A DNA stretch of 64,000 bases from Balanoglossus misakiensis (lineage: Eukaryota; Animalia; Hemichordata): assembly GCA_040954595.2 (NCBI GenBank), contig CM082580.2, positions 7,075,519 to 7,139,518 on the forward strand, read 5' to 3'. Both the position numbers and the translations under genes were made by a program. The notes below the pieces were generated by a model. That model had not been told where the DNA came from and did not search any database. It was given only the letters and a program-made list of their open reading frames with translations. This document shows positions 1 through 13,691 of the stretch, one piece after another (position 1 is the first letter of the stretch; each line of letters starts with the position of its first letter).

Positions 1-1760
1 GTACTGGGACAACATCGTACAGTGAGAACGTGGGAGCCATTGGAATAACTAAGGTATTCGTCAAACACACATGCACAGATAAAAGATACACTGGGAATAT
101 GCAAAGCATTTCGCAGTTCACCCACAAAGTCGTTTTAAATACTGCCACCGCTGCAATTGTCCACTTCTTGATAACAGTATTTCACCCTCACCAGCCTGTA
201 TTGCTCTCATACCAAAGTTTGTTGATCAGTGACACTTTTTGTCGGTGCATGGCAATCTAAAACCACCCTCCTGTTCATATTCCAGGTTGGCAGTCGCCGG
301 GTGATACAATGGGGAGCTGTGATGATGTTGTTTTTCAGTATCTTCGGTAAATTTGGGGCCTTCTTTTCAACCATTCCAGATCCTATTATCGGTGGCGTCC
401 TAGCTGTGACATTCGGTGGGTTATAGAATTGTAATTTTTATGATGTTTAAAGACATATTGACACAACGAAAAGGGTGAGCAAGCCCTGCTCCACATGTTA
501 CACCTACCACCCGACAATATGCAAATCATAGTGAGAGGAGAGAACACAGAGAAATGCAAAACTATAACAAAAGGCATATCTTGTTGACTTCTCATTCAGC
601 CATGGTGACAGCTGTAGGTCTGTCCAACTTGCAGTTTGTGGATCTCAATTCAAGCCGCAATTTGTTCATCATTGGGTTTTCCTTCTTCCTCGGTACGGCT
701 TTGCCAAGTTGGGCGAGTTCTCATCCGGACGGGATCAACACCGGTAAGACCCCTAGTCTTTGGCATCTTCATATCGACGTACCCTGCACCCCCACCCCCC
801 TGTCTGGACAGACAGACAGACAGACATACAATGGACACCAAGTGCTATGAGCTCCCACTGTCATATTACATATACCAACAGGGAGCTAAAAACACATTCT
901 TTTTTTCTTTCATACACACAACAGGTAGTGTAGCGTTGGACAACATTTTTACTGTGTTGCTAAGCACCAGTATGTTTGTTGGTGGTTTCACTGGATTTAT
1001 TCTGGACAATACAATCCCCGGCACTCCGAAAGAGAGAGGATTATTGATATGGAAAGAAATGACTGGAGGCAAGTACTGGGCAAACATTTGTTTTGCTCCT
1101 CATTCTGTACAGGGACTATTTTTAAATCTTAACGATTATTGAATTTATTTATATCTTTGTGAAATATAAGTTGATAACACACAAAGTGTTACTGGTACTG
1201 TACATCATTACAAACCATGTGGTTGTTACTTTTTATATACAATGCATTGTTATGCATTGTTACTTTTTATTTTGTCATAGTTCAAATTACTTTTGATATA
1301 ACTTGTATCGGTTAGCAGGGTCTTCCTGATCAGTTGGATTACCGTAATACGTACATAATTACATACACAGTACATTAGCATCTGCATCTCAAGGTAATAC
1401 TCTAAAATTCACCTCTTCTTGTCTATTGCATCATCAGAGCATTATCGTGACACTGAAGACGACAGGTTGAGGTGTTACGATCTGCCCTTTGGAATGGACG
1501 CCATCCGCAAAGCGCACTGGACCAGGTATATTCCGTTCTGCCCGACATTCCAGGAGTGCTTCCGGCCCAAGGAGATACCGGAGCCACAGTCAGAGGAAAT
1601 GGTGACTGTCACCATAGAGGCAGATGAGGAAAAAGACGAGTTGCGCGCAGATGGTGGCATAACTGACAAGGAGACAGTTGTGGCTGAGAAGAACCACTTA
1701 TCAGATAAGGTGTCCTCGTCATCTTCATCATCAGATGAAGACGATGATGATAAAGAATAG
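1..1760 (+). CDS. SLC23A: SLC23 family (nucleobase-ascorbate transporter, SVCT-like), 3' part; the 5' end lies upstream of the window
   Basis: Exons <1-53, 286-415, 600-743, 925-1068 and 1438-1760 (TAG) splice in frame to ...[16 protein letters not shown]|VGSRRVIQ...PDPIIGG...[28 protein letters not shown]...[14 protein letters not shown]...YDLPFGM. This includes the NAT signature (ENxGxxxxTK) and the SVCT-like C-terminus. The last intron needs a GC donor at 1069. Paralogue (A1/A2-like) not resolved. Confidence 0.93.
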
Positions 1761-2340
1761 CATCATGGACACTGTGCTCCCATTTAATCAGAATTGAAAC
1801 ATTCAAGTTTGACTTGTATCAGTTGTATTTGGACACATACTGATTGATTTCTAACACAAACCAACACGGGCATTTTTTTTAGCATTAGAGAAGCACACAA
1901 TTTATAACACAATTTGTTACATATCCCAAGCAGACCCTGGGAAGTTGTTTTAATGTGCCAACCAGACAGCCACAATTCCATGATTTTGTCTGTGTGTGCA
2001 AGTAAAATACTACTTGAAGATTTTAAATTGATTAAGTAATTTTAATGACCTTTGCAAAAGGGGACTCGTCGCTCACAAGTTTTTAAAATTAATCTTCTTG
2101 TTCAGGTCTTTCCTAGTTGCCCATGTTCTTGCCATTGACTCCGTTCTTTTAGTTAATGTGCTTTTTACAGTTCCTGGTCATTGGCCTATTGGTTCACAAA
2201 ATAAACAAACCAATGCTCAACTGTAAATATCATTTTATGTAAAGTGACAATGTTCAGTCAAATTTGCAGGGCTGGCCAGCAGCAGCAGCAGTGTTGTAAA
2301 AATCCATCAACAGCGCCCTCACAGGGCACAAAGGCAATCA

Positions 2341-5300
2341 TCACGATTTTTCCAGGGAGTGCACAGCGATCTCCAAAGGTCTCTCGTGGAAACATCTGTC
2401 GCATCCTGGTGGTAGCTGCAATTGCATCTGGTCTACGATGTCCTGGACGTCATTTCTTCCGAGGTTGGACGACAAATTGTGCGCCATTCTTACCGCTTCA
2501 CCCTAATGGGAAAGAAAAAAATGTAAGCACGAATTGATTTACACCGTTGGAGCATCAACTCTTTTTTTCATCTGGAACGGCAAATAATCAGGATTTTTTT
2601 TGAGGATTAGATAATTCCATACCTTGAGGTAGTGGATGACTTTGATCGGCCGACACTTGGCAACCGTGTTGGCTGCCATCTTGGAAACCAGCTCCAGAAT
2701 TTCTCGCAGATCGTGCAGACTATAGAAGGACAGACAGTCTGTCATGGCAACTATTTTAACAACAACCTCGGCATTTTCAGTATCTGTTGAGAGCAGAAAA
2801 AGTCAAATAATAAATGGATGCTTTTAAAGATGACATCCAAAAAATTTGACTGGCAAAATTGTTCACAGCAATGTTGGGAGTGGGGATCGTGGGATTGCCA
2901 TTGAAATATTCCATGTTTACAGAAACTTCATCAGGACATTTATGTCTTACCCGTAGTCTGTTGAATTTCAAAGCCATTGGCCAGGAGTCTGTCATCTGTA
3001 TAGTGTCTTGTTGGGCCTGGAGGTCGAAGTTCACTGCGCATGCTCAGTAATGTTTGCCAGGCAACAATGCCACCTACAAGACTGTTAAAAAATATTGCAC
3101 TTATTCTCTTGTGAAGCTGTGTGCACTTTTTCTGTGTGTGCCTTCAAAAGTAAGATCTGAATCCTGAATAATAGTATAGACATCGAAAGACAATACAGAA
3201 TTATTTCATTGATAAATTACAAAAATTATCAAAAAATATTATGCCTATCATATTTTACCTTGGATTCAAAATGATGGGAACATCTAATGGCTGCCGTGGC
3301 AACACATGTTGAGCCATAAGTCGATGATATAGAAGAATCTCCTCAGCCCTACAGAATTATGAAACAAAAGAATTAGATCTGTGAGCAGTGCCACATTAGT
3401 GAAGTCAGAAGTTTTTAAACCCACTAAAATCTCTGCTACAAGTTTTTTTTTATAACTTTCCGCCCAGAATTTCAATGGATTGCTGCAGCCTTCTGATATG
3501 CTATTTTTTACCTGTAAACGTTGAACACAACAATTTTCTGTTTCCGAAGAGCCAACCATATCCCATGAGGCTTCATTCTTCCAATCAAATGGAGCCTACC
3601 ATCCTCACTGGCTGAACTGTTACGACATAAAAAAAGAGTGAATTTGTAGATCAACTTGATCAATACTATTGAATGAGAAAGCTTCTTCACTGGGGGAAAA
3701 TGTCTCATATTGTGGTTCAACTAACAAGAGCTTATGATTTCTGTACACTACTCCTACAACTACCATGTTTAAATACTATGAATCCAAATTTGGAGTTGCA
3801 CAGGTCATTTTTGCAACAACAGAAAACCTTACCAGCTTGAGGATTGTCTGTAGTATTTCCTCTTCAGAGTTTCCATGTCAAAGGGTACATCGATTACTTT
3901 GATTTTAACTTCTGGCTCTGCACTTTGATTGGACGTTGCCTTAGAAACAGGTGACATCATAGTCTCCAGCAACGTCTGGTTGGCTGACTGAAAAGAGGGA
4001 GGGCACTATTCTCATTTCCAAAACCCGAAACAAAACAAGACAATCGGTCAAATTTCTAGATTGAGTTCAAAAAATTCTCAATAGCCCAAAGTGCATACTA
4101 TTAATTACTATCAGGATGCACTGTGTGAAAACTTCAATAAGACGTGTTGAAGATCACAATTTACATACTGGTTCCAGTTTCTTCCTTTTACTACTAGGTC
4201 CGTTGTTTTTCCTGACAGACATGTTGCTGTGTGGCGTCCTTGGTCTCTTTGCTGACTGCACCTTTTCTTCATATCTGAAATATTGGCGTAAAAATTTACA
4301 ACCAGTCAACAAAAATGCATAAAATCTCATGAAAGACACTTTGTCTGGACAATATTGCATACTCATATTTTCTTGTCATATTAAAGTCAATCAAGTTGCA
4401 GTGAGAAAGTTCAGACTGGACTCAATCTGCCAAATTTTGGAACGTGCCAAATTTCTGACCTGTTCGTATCTCTTGTTGCCATGGTTTCATATTTTTTCTT
4501 TTCATCGCCAGAGAGTGCCTCCCATTTCTCTGCTACGATTTTATTGACAGTGAGTGGATCCAGTCCAGGTTGTTCCTCAATCACTGTCAAAATAATAAAT
4601 AACGAACAATTCTAAGTAGATTTTACTAAAAGTAAATCATGCTTGCTAAATATTTTGATGAATCACACTGAGAACACATTCGCTGGCCTCAAAACAAACT
4701 GACCTTGGATTTCATGAAGTTACATAAAATTTTCACTGAACATTTCAAATGGTCGAGATCACCTTTCTGGTTTCATCAATTACCTTGAGGTTTGATATTT
4801 TTTGAAAAATACTGGATTGGCGGAATTGGTCTTCTGATTGGTGTTTTGCCAACCATATCGTATAGAGTTGACTGACCTTCCTGAAAAAAAAAATTGGCAA
4901 GATAGTTTTAATTTATTTCCCCGCACCTTTCTGTGAAACTTCTTGACAAAATGAGATACCTTCAGTACAAGTACATGTATACATAACACATACATTACTC
5001 CCGAGTGAACAAACACCAACAGCGTTTAGCCTTGTGAAAAGTGACTCCCTTTAATTATCATCACCCTACCTTCAGTTCCAGAGGTCTGCTTCTTCTTCCA
5101 GGACTTGATTTTGGTGATCTGGATGTGGATGGCCTCGTAGCACACTCTGGTGTCTTGTCTTGTAAAGAAGACGTTGTAAGTAGCTGTACAGGCTGTGATA
5201 CAGATGACAGATTTCATATTTTATTTTTTTTAAAAAGCACCAATTTGGACTAAGTGAAATATGATGTGATAGCAATGTCAATTTACTTCAGAACAATGTC

Positions 5301-8300
5301 ACATCTCTTCACAGCTTTGCATGAGTTATTTTGTTTTCTTGGAAAATTTACAAGATTGGAGAAATGTTGGTAAATTTACGGAAAGTATAATATGTCTAAC
5401 GCCTTGCCTCTATGATTTTGCCACTGTTGTCCTTGAGAGAGTGCCCCTTGCTCCAGCTTTCCGTTCCAAAATTCGAACTTGAGCTGGATTGACCTTGACA
5501 GAGTTCATTCTGTTCGCTGCATATCCTCTGCATAATCAGCCCCCGTGACCTTGGGTCAGCTTCATTTACTGCTTGCTCATTGGCTGGTTTCAAAAACCCC
5601 ATTCCCTGATTGGCTGCTGTTTCAAGACCGGACGTCCTCTGATGTGTTATGCCACTGTCCAATGACACGTCTAGTTCTTGGTGAATATCTACATTTCTGT
5701 TGGTGACTGCAGTCTCTTGGTGTGAAAGTATGTCATCAGAAATAACACTGTGGTCCCCGTGGTAACTCTGCTGTTTTTGTCTGGACTTTTCGTCCATTTC
5801 CCTGCTTTTCGCAACTTCATCAAAGTTTTCAAGCTCCTCATTCAGAAAATCAATCATCGAGCCATCAATGAGGGACAGCTCAAAGTCGTCTGAAGACTCC
5901 TTCAATTCATTTCCAACCCTTGTACTTTTTTGTTCCCTTATCAACAATTCAATGCTGGCCGTCTCGTCTATTGGCGATTCTGTGTCTGTCGATTGTTTGA
6001 TATTTTCAGTAGAAGACTTGCTACCAGTAGGTATTCTTTGTTCTGGCTTGACATTTTCTGGTGCTTTTGAGTAGACTTTATCGAACAACCGTGCCAAAGT
6101 CTCTAAAATGGATTCCTGCAGAAAAAAACAACAACAAGGAGAATTGTTAGCCAGATCATCACATTTTACAGAGATTCTAATTACTTTTGAGTAAATTTTG
6201 ACTTTGGACAACACAATTCAGATTTGGAAGAAACAACAATGAAAACCCACAGAGCGCGGAGTCAATTGAAGGAGGACCAGAAATAAGTTTCCAGAACAAT
6301 TCCAAGGACTTTCCAAAAAAGTATTGCTGTGGGGAAATGCCTAACACACAGCCTAAGATGTTTCGAAACAAGAGCACTGGGAGTCTAGGTCAATAATAAA
6401 ATAATTTAAAAATTGTGTAAAATAAGACCTTATTATGTAGAAGTACTGTTGTTTTGTTTGGATCCAAGTTGACGTCTACGACATCAGGTGGCACTATTAT
6501 ACTCAGATATATTATGGGATATCGTGGATGAGAGAAACTGCTGTTGGTACTGTTGCTGTAATATTGTTTGGCCAGCTGCAATGAAAACAAAAGGATAGAA
6601 ATTTTCATAAAGGTTGATAGGTGGCGCTGTATCTGCAGGGAATCCCCCCAAAACATTTGGGGTTTTTTTAACATACACACAGAAAATTTTGCCATCTTTG
6701 GATACCATGGTAACTGTCCAATTTTACCTTTTCAATCTCTTTGACATTGACTGGTCTCCTGTTTACAAACACAAAGCAGCGATCACTGTTAACGCGACTG
6801 GTCAGTTGGACGTCCGAGCCTGGCTTCGGGACAAACCCGCTGATGACAACCTGAATGGGAAAATTGTGAGCCCTGGTCAGCTGTAATTATATCAGACTTT
6901 CTGGTGAATCAATAACCAGCCAACAGTGCAATTGCCCTGAATTTGGCTGAGACAGCACTATGGCAAATATTTAAATTGGAAATACTGACCTAAATACTAA
7001 TTAAAGTAACATGCTTATCAATATTATGATATATTGGCAATTTTTGTGACCTTTACATGATTTCACATCCTGGTTATTTCCTGTGGTGCAGTCTGTCAAA
7101 ACTCAACAGTTTGGTGCAAGTAACATGGAAAGTTTTTCTTGAAAAATGGGTAAAAGTTTAACACAGAATTCAGTGAATACACCTACAGTTACCAATGTGG
7201 TGTCTGGTCACACAGAGGTCAAGAAAGTTTTTCATTTTATTATTTAGTGTATACTAGTATGGGGGAAATAAACACAGGCATGCCTAAACATCCAGGCATA
7301 TATAGCTTAGTGGACTGGTGCACAATAAAGAAAATATGACTGGTAGTTATGGCAGTAAGTTACAGAATCGATCAAAGGAAAAGTATTATCGTACGATTAA
7401 ACACCATGGTAACAACCATTCATTGATAAAGACGCCACACACATAGCTTTGTCAAAATTTAGAGTTCCAGAGCATTTTAATTTGGTTACAGAACAACAAG
7501 ATGATTGGAGTAATAAAGAATTGTTTAAGTTTTAACATTTTTTTCAAGGGGCTATTAATCCCTTGACTACTATTACCTATGTAATCATATATACCACAGA
7601 AACCATAGATTCCAGTTAGTTTATGACATTTATTTCGGGCACATAATCAATTGTTATAAAGCCGCTTTTGTCCAGCACTCAAGGTAGTCAAAGGTTCTAA
7701 TTCTAGTAACTTTCTCATAGTGATAAAATTTCGATACTGCACTGGACTTGTCACTATTGAAACATACATGTACTGCATATTATTGGTTGGATCATGGGAA
7801 CCATGGCAACATAATCAATTTGCTTTGTTGAACCACAAGACTCCCCAGACGGCTCTGTGTTGAACTAATTTACGTTGCATTCAAACACATCAAGAAGTGT
7901 TGTCATGGTTACAGGTATCAATGACAATCTCTTAATTTTTTTGATAATTGATCCCTTGTGTAATAAAACTCTTTTGCTACCGTGGTCGCTTTCTGATAAA
8001 TCTTTTCGGATACTCACCTGAGAGTCATCATTAGTGTACAGGACAGGTTCCATCTGCGACATGACATTCGTTCCCAGAATGCTCATCAGGGCCGACTTCC
8101 CAGTGTTCACTTTGTTTTTCTGCAGCAGAACAGCCTTGTCGTGTCGCAGCACCAACCTGACCCCCGGCCGAATCATTCCGAACGCCATCACCAAGTCCTC
8201 CACTCTTTTCACCTCTTCTTTTCTCCGCTTGGCGCTGCTGTAGAATTGTCTCCTGACTGGCACGTTTTTGAAGAGCTGGGACACTGTGATGGTAGTGCCT

Positions 8301-9025
8301 GAAACGCAAAAGGCGATTGGTTGAATTGTTGGGACTGTAGAGTCAAACTCATGTTAGTGGTCACTCCTATATAGTGGCCACTTTGTTACAGTCCCTGTGC
8401 AATTAACATGTACATTAATTGACCTATCTATAAAGGCCACCTGTTCATAAAGGCCAATTTAGGAAAGTCCTTTAAATGGCCATTATAGACAGGTTTGACT
8501 GTAGTTATATCTTAACTTAACGAATAGATAAAATTGGTTGGTTGGTGAAATATGATCTTTAAGCAAGAGCAGTTCAACCAATCATCAGTAACGTTTCTTT
8601 TTTTGCGTCACCGGGGACTAGTATACATTCCAAGATTACCTTGATTGACAGGGGTTGGTTTGCAAGCTGTGATTTTTCCTTGATGGTCCAGGGTATACAT
8701 TTTCCCTATGGCATCATCAGCTGTTTTTGTTGTTATGGTAACCATGGCAACTGCACAGAGTGACGCCAGGGCTTCTCCTCGAAACCCATAGGTGTGCAAT
8801 GTTTCCAAGTCACTGTGGTTTGTTATTTTGGATGTGTAATGTCTCTGAGCCATGTAGGCTGCATCAGCGTCCTTAATACCGCTGCCATTGTCTCTAATTT
8901 CAATCTTATCAAAGCCATAGTTGTCCTGTGAAGGATGGTATAAATAAAACCTATCATGAATATATATTTTACATGTCATTTGGAGAAAGCCCCTTTAATC
9001 ATCATCATCATCATCATCGTCATCG

Positions 9026-9057
<32 letters not shown>

Positions 9058-9338
9058 GTCATCACAGACAGTGACAAGGTGCTGTTGTCATTGGTATTGT
9101 CCTGAAGTTTAATAGTTGTAATAAACAAGACTGTAATGCATGATCTATCAATTTAACTTACAAGTTTGATCTCGATGTTTGTTGCATTGGCATCGAGAGC
9201 ATTTTCAATGAGTTCTTTGATTACGCTGACGACTGACGTTATAACCTGTGAGCTTGTGATAAGTCTGACGGTCGATGGCGGCAGCAGCTTCATCTCCATC
9301 GTGGGGATGACAGCTCGATCGGATTCCGAATCACCCAT
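2341..9338 (-). CDS. PMS1: PMS1 homolog 1, MutL-family mismatch repair protein (~991 aa, 16 coding exons)
   Basis: Exons (minus): 9338-9162, 8925-8640, 8298-8018, 6850-6728, 6575-6429, 6115-5408, 5192-5070, 4880-4784, 4583-4460, 4274-4169, 3987-3833, 3616-3512, 3348-3259, 3081-2951, 2783-2623, 2502-2341; total 2976 nt, in frame. GHKL ATPase motifs ([25 protein letters not shown]), DVNLDPNKT, an HMG-box segment ([14 protein letters not shown]) and a PMS1-type C-terminus ([16 protein letters not shown]...CFHERP). The start could be a downstream Met (MEMKLLPP). Confidence 0.95.
8340..8501. mobile_element. Tc1/mariner-pogo-type MITE in PMS1 intron 2
   Basis: TA|GAGTCAAACT... and ...AGGTTTGACTG|TA form degenerate CAGTCAAAC TIRs with TA flanks. 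Internal repeated (AA)GGCCAC subunits. Confidence 0.6.
8998..9064. repeat. (ATC)n microsatellite in PMS1 intron 1
   Basis: About 22 ATC/GTC units, seen directly. Confidence 0.95.
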
Positions 9339-9574
9339 TTTCAGCGTTGAGTTGTTTTTGAAAAGGCGCCAGTGACCAACGTGATGACCTTTGCCCTCTC
9401 GAACACAGCTGTTTCGTGGCGCATTGTGGGTAGATGCATTGACGTCTTTCATTGCGCTTGCGTAGAATGTGAGTGTTTACTTGCTTGTGCAGAAATATTA
9501 CTCGTTTCGTGCGGAAGTGGTGAAAAGTGACCCTACGTTTGCCCGTTTCAGGGATATTTCGACCATTTCAACAC
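9339..9574. promoter_or_regulatory. Putative bidirectional promoter PMS1/ORMDL and non-coding first exon of ORMDL
   Basis: Short CpG-rich interval between the PMS1 ATG (minus, 9338) and a strong plus-strand donor CAC|GTAAGT at 9575. Contains CGGAAGTG (ETS/GABP-like, 9512-9519) and a TGACGTC CRE-like site near 9440. The ORMDL ATG exon begins with an acceptor, so an upstream non-coding exon is needed. Confidence 0.65.
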
Positions 9575-12500
9575 GTAAGTCTAACACTTTAAGGCTTTTT
9601 CTTGTAAGCGACCCGGTATTTTGACTGGTTGCGGTTGTTTCTTGCCTTACATCTCATCCCGAACTTCGGTTGGTAAGGGTGCCGATATTGCTGGTGTCGA
9701 ACGTTCAGTGATGGGATTCCCTCGACATGTGACGATGTGTGCAAAACAAGCTTTATCGAAGAAAGTTTGTACATTTCTGTTTCATCAACATTTTGCTGAG
9801 ATATTTTACGCGTGGACTTACTTTTGTGCAACGCAGCCTCGCATATATATTCTTAAAGTTCACATTCACACATATCAGCTCGTCTGATGTGATGATGTAG
9901 GCACTGTCACAGTTTCAGTGCAACGTCATCTCAAAATTATTCAACATTCATAACTGCTGATCTTCGTCATCATCATCCTTCCTGCTCACAAGATCCTCTG
10001 CGTTGAAAGTAAACAAACAAATGGCCTAAAATAACAAAAAGTAAATTATAAATAAGTACAAATACAAGCAGACTGAAGAAAATGTATGGTAGTAAGATTT
10101 TTATAGGCTTGTAAATTTCAATATTTACATAATTATATTTTGTTCAGTCTGGCTGTTATTTATTTATTTATTTATTTTGTTTGTTTTGTTGTCCAAGCAA
10201 AGGACCTTGTCTGCTCTGTCCATGGTGTCACACACACACACATGTACATTGTTGTGTACACATAAATCATGATTCGTCCTACTGCGGGATGTAAATTGGA
10301 TCATGCCCTCATAGTTTGTGGATGATGTGTAGACTTCTGTACTGTGGTGTTTCTGTTGTTACATGTACCTGTATTTTTAGGTATTTATTGTAATTTTGTG
10401 AATTGTTGGCACGTAAATATCTGATTCTGGTACTTTTATAATGATGACTGAATCTGAACACAGAATGAACTTTGTAAATACCGGTGATAACAGTTATCGG
10501 TTTTAAAAACATTTTACAGAACCAACAGTTTAACCTGCAGTCAGCCATAGAACAGATGTTGTGGTTTAACACACATTGAGTCAGAGTGTACTACATTTAG
10601 TCTACTGAGAGTGCCATTTCCTACATGTAGGTTTGTTTTGAAACCCAGCCAAGACTATTTTCCCAAACACTATTCAGAACAGGTGATTCAGTGGACCCCA
10701 CTCTTCTGATAATATCCACTGTCGTAAATTTATAAGTTAATAATTTTCTAGTCTCGCATTGTTTTGGATCACATAGGGAAGACTTTATGACCCTCACCCA
10801 CATTCATGGTTTAATGATTATAATGATTGTATTTTCTATTTAACAACGTGTTGCAAATTTGCCCCATTTACAAAACTGGTGGGCTGGCTACTCTAAAAGT
10901 GTTTGTCAAGTTATCAAGTGCTATGATGTCCGGACCTTGTTTTGAACTGTGGTTTGACTGCCCTGTAAAGCCTGATGTTTAAAGTCCAGAAAGGTGTAAC
11001 TTGTTTTATGGTCATTTGACAATGCTTGATGAAGTGATATGATGTTGTTGAAATGTCTTAAATTGCCTTACAATGTACACTAAATCATAAATGTCACCCC
11101 CAAAAAATGGTGTGTACATCATTGTTGTAGCTTTGCCTATACTTATATTCATAACTATTGCAAGTGCATTTTAGCCATGATACCAAATCACAAGTGAATC
11201 TGATTGGGTCAGCTGGGATATGGACGCATGTATAGGTAATGACATGTTCATGAACACAAACATGTACAGGCCCCAATAGACAGATCAATTTTTTACCTCC
11301 TCAATCTATTTATAAACTGTGGCGTGAATGTTATGTTTATTGTATCCTATAAATCATGAGAGTCAGAAAACACCACTTTGTTTCGCCATGGTTTTCAGGT
11401 GTTATACTGTATGTCTCTAGTCCTCGGGTGTCATATTGATATTATGTGCAGTTGTCATTTCACTTATGATTTGAGCTATGATGTAAGGACCTCTAAATTC
11501 CAAGGTGACCTTTCGGTTACGTGTTGTGAGTGGCAGATCAAGGCTTCAGCAATGCTCAGTTGCTGTGCAAGCTGGCTGCTCAGTTTCCTGGAGGCTATGT
11601 TGTAATTTGTATAGCTCCACTACTGTGACAGGGAGCACTCACTGATGCTTTCATAATTCCCGAATTTGCCACAAAAAATGTGTTATTATCATTCAGTTAT
11701 GACCAATATATAAGTGACTTCGTGCAGAATGTCTGTACCATTCCATTTGAGCGATCTTCACGTGTAACACTGTATGAATATTTTCTTGATCAATAAGACA
11801 GGATTTGGCATTACTTAGAATGAACAATCTGTAGTTTATTTTTTTAAAGAAGCATTTCAGTAATTTGCAGACAAATTTCAGAGTGAAAAATATCAGTGCA
11901 TACCATAATCAGCTTATAACTGCAGCATATGGCCGAATATCGTTTCTACTTGCAATCTGTGACATTTTCTTTTCATCGCGAAACCTTTTAAAGGAAAAAC
12001 GGCACTAATATGACCATTACTTTTAAAATGGATATGATCAGAACAATTTCCTGTACTTGGCAATCAAAGACAAATTAGATCATATTGGATTCCAGCACAT
12101 CACTAATTACGTTTGATGCAAACCTGCAAAATTAAAAAATGCGACCAATACAAGTTTACATAGTCACTGTGTATTCATGAATTCTCCAATACTGTGGCAG
12201 ACTAGTCCATTGTTACATTGTCATACATATATGACTGCAAATATGCTTATCTGATTGACATTCATGTCACGTAGGTCTAACTATTGAATGTTCTATGTCA
12301 TAATGTAAATACATGTGATGTAAACTTTAAGTATAGTATTTTATTCTAACATATATGACTGCAGTTGATAACAGAAATCTTAGTTTGTGTTGTTTTTTCC
12401 TATGCATATCAATCCCAAGGTATTTGTTCCATTGAATTCTATGCAATGGGTCTTTGTTGGAGACTGTCGGATTTTAGCAAAGAACCAGGGGCATTGTAAT

Positions 12501-13691
12501 TATCGACTCGCTGTTAGATCACACTCGTAATCAGTGGTTGGGACCTTTGGCCCCATTGTTGGTTGCATTGTCTGGCCTCTGAACACATTTACCTGCAAAT
12601 GAGATAGCAGGTCGTTATTTATATCAACAAGGAGGTCGTGACTCTTTTAGAGCAGAAACACTTTTTCTTGCAAAGCAACACCTTCTCTGTGGTTATATTT
12701 TGTTCATGGAGGACTGGGGCCACATCAGCATAGAGTTTTGGCTTCCTTGAAACCTGGAAATGGAATACAAGAAGTTTGTTAACCCTGGTTGCTCTAATGA
12801 CCATAGGAAAAAAATATAAACACAAAACAGTCCATGTTCAGGAAAATACGTGTACATGACACGTCTTTCGGTTTATCAGTGTATGCTGTTGATATGTTTT
12901 CAGATTGCACTCTGGAAATTTTAATATTTCTATTGTTCATTTCTGTATTGTGGTATTTCTATTGTTCATTTCTGTATTGTGATATTTTATTTGAGACACG
13001 CACCAGCCCCCAGGCACCCCAACTAACTCTCTATTTCGGTCCAGTACTTAAACATTGCGCAGTAGAGATGCATTACATGTTTATGTGCAGTATTCACACA
13101 ACAGGTTGCTCGTAATGTTAGATGAGAGGGTGTGGTTTGCATTGGTTTCTAAATTTATTGCACAGAATATTCATCCAATCCATCAGAATAATCAGACCGT
13201 CCCAGGGCTTTTATAAGTCCCGCAGTTTCATTCCCCCAAATAATCACAGAAACGTCCGTGTAGATTGTGCGCGACTGCGTCAGTGTGGCGACGAAATCTA
13301 TTGACTCTGCAAGGTTTGAAGTTTTCTTTGATGACATACTTACGTGGGATTATGTCTTTTTGTCTGTCCACTGGAACAATGAGTTCTATTTGTACTTTAC
13401 AGAATCAGGTCTCGAAAATCAGTTATACATATCAGTGTAGATAACTGCGTTTCAGATCACCATAATCGTTTCAGACAAGCACAGACTGCAGTCGGTACAG
13501 TGTGTTCATGTACATCTCAGTGAGAAATTAAGATACACATTTATTCTCTCAAGACTGAGATCCTCCTATTTTGTCGGAATTAGACCATTATTATCAGAGT
13601 GTCTTTTTTTCAGATTCGCTTTAACCACTGAACATTTATATTGACTTTTGAATTATATTTATTTTTTTTCGCTTTCAGATCCGGCACTGCA

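Noticed and set aside
9889-9960. Possible C/D-box snoRNA (GTGATGA...CTGA) in ORMDL intron 1
   Set aside because: No convincing terminal stem and no rRNA-complementary guide that I can recognise; the motifs are short enough to occur by chance.
12925-12982. 29-bp direct tandem duplication
   Set aside because: Only two units of AT-rich intronic sequence; not CRISPR-like or otherwise informative.
13200-13320. Possible alternative ORMDL promoter or first exon (TATAAG, CpG patch, AAG|GTTTGA)
   Set aside because: Weak donor and no independent support.
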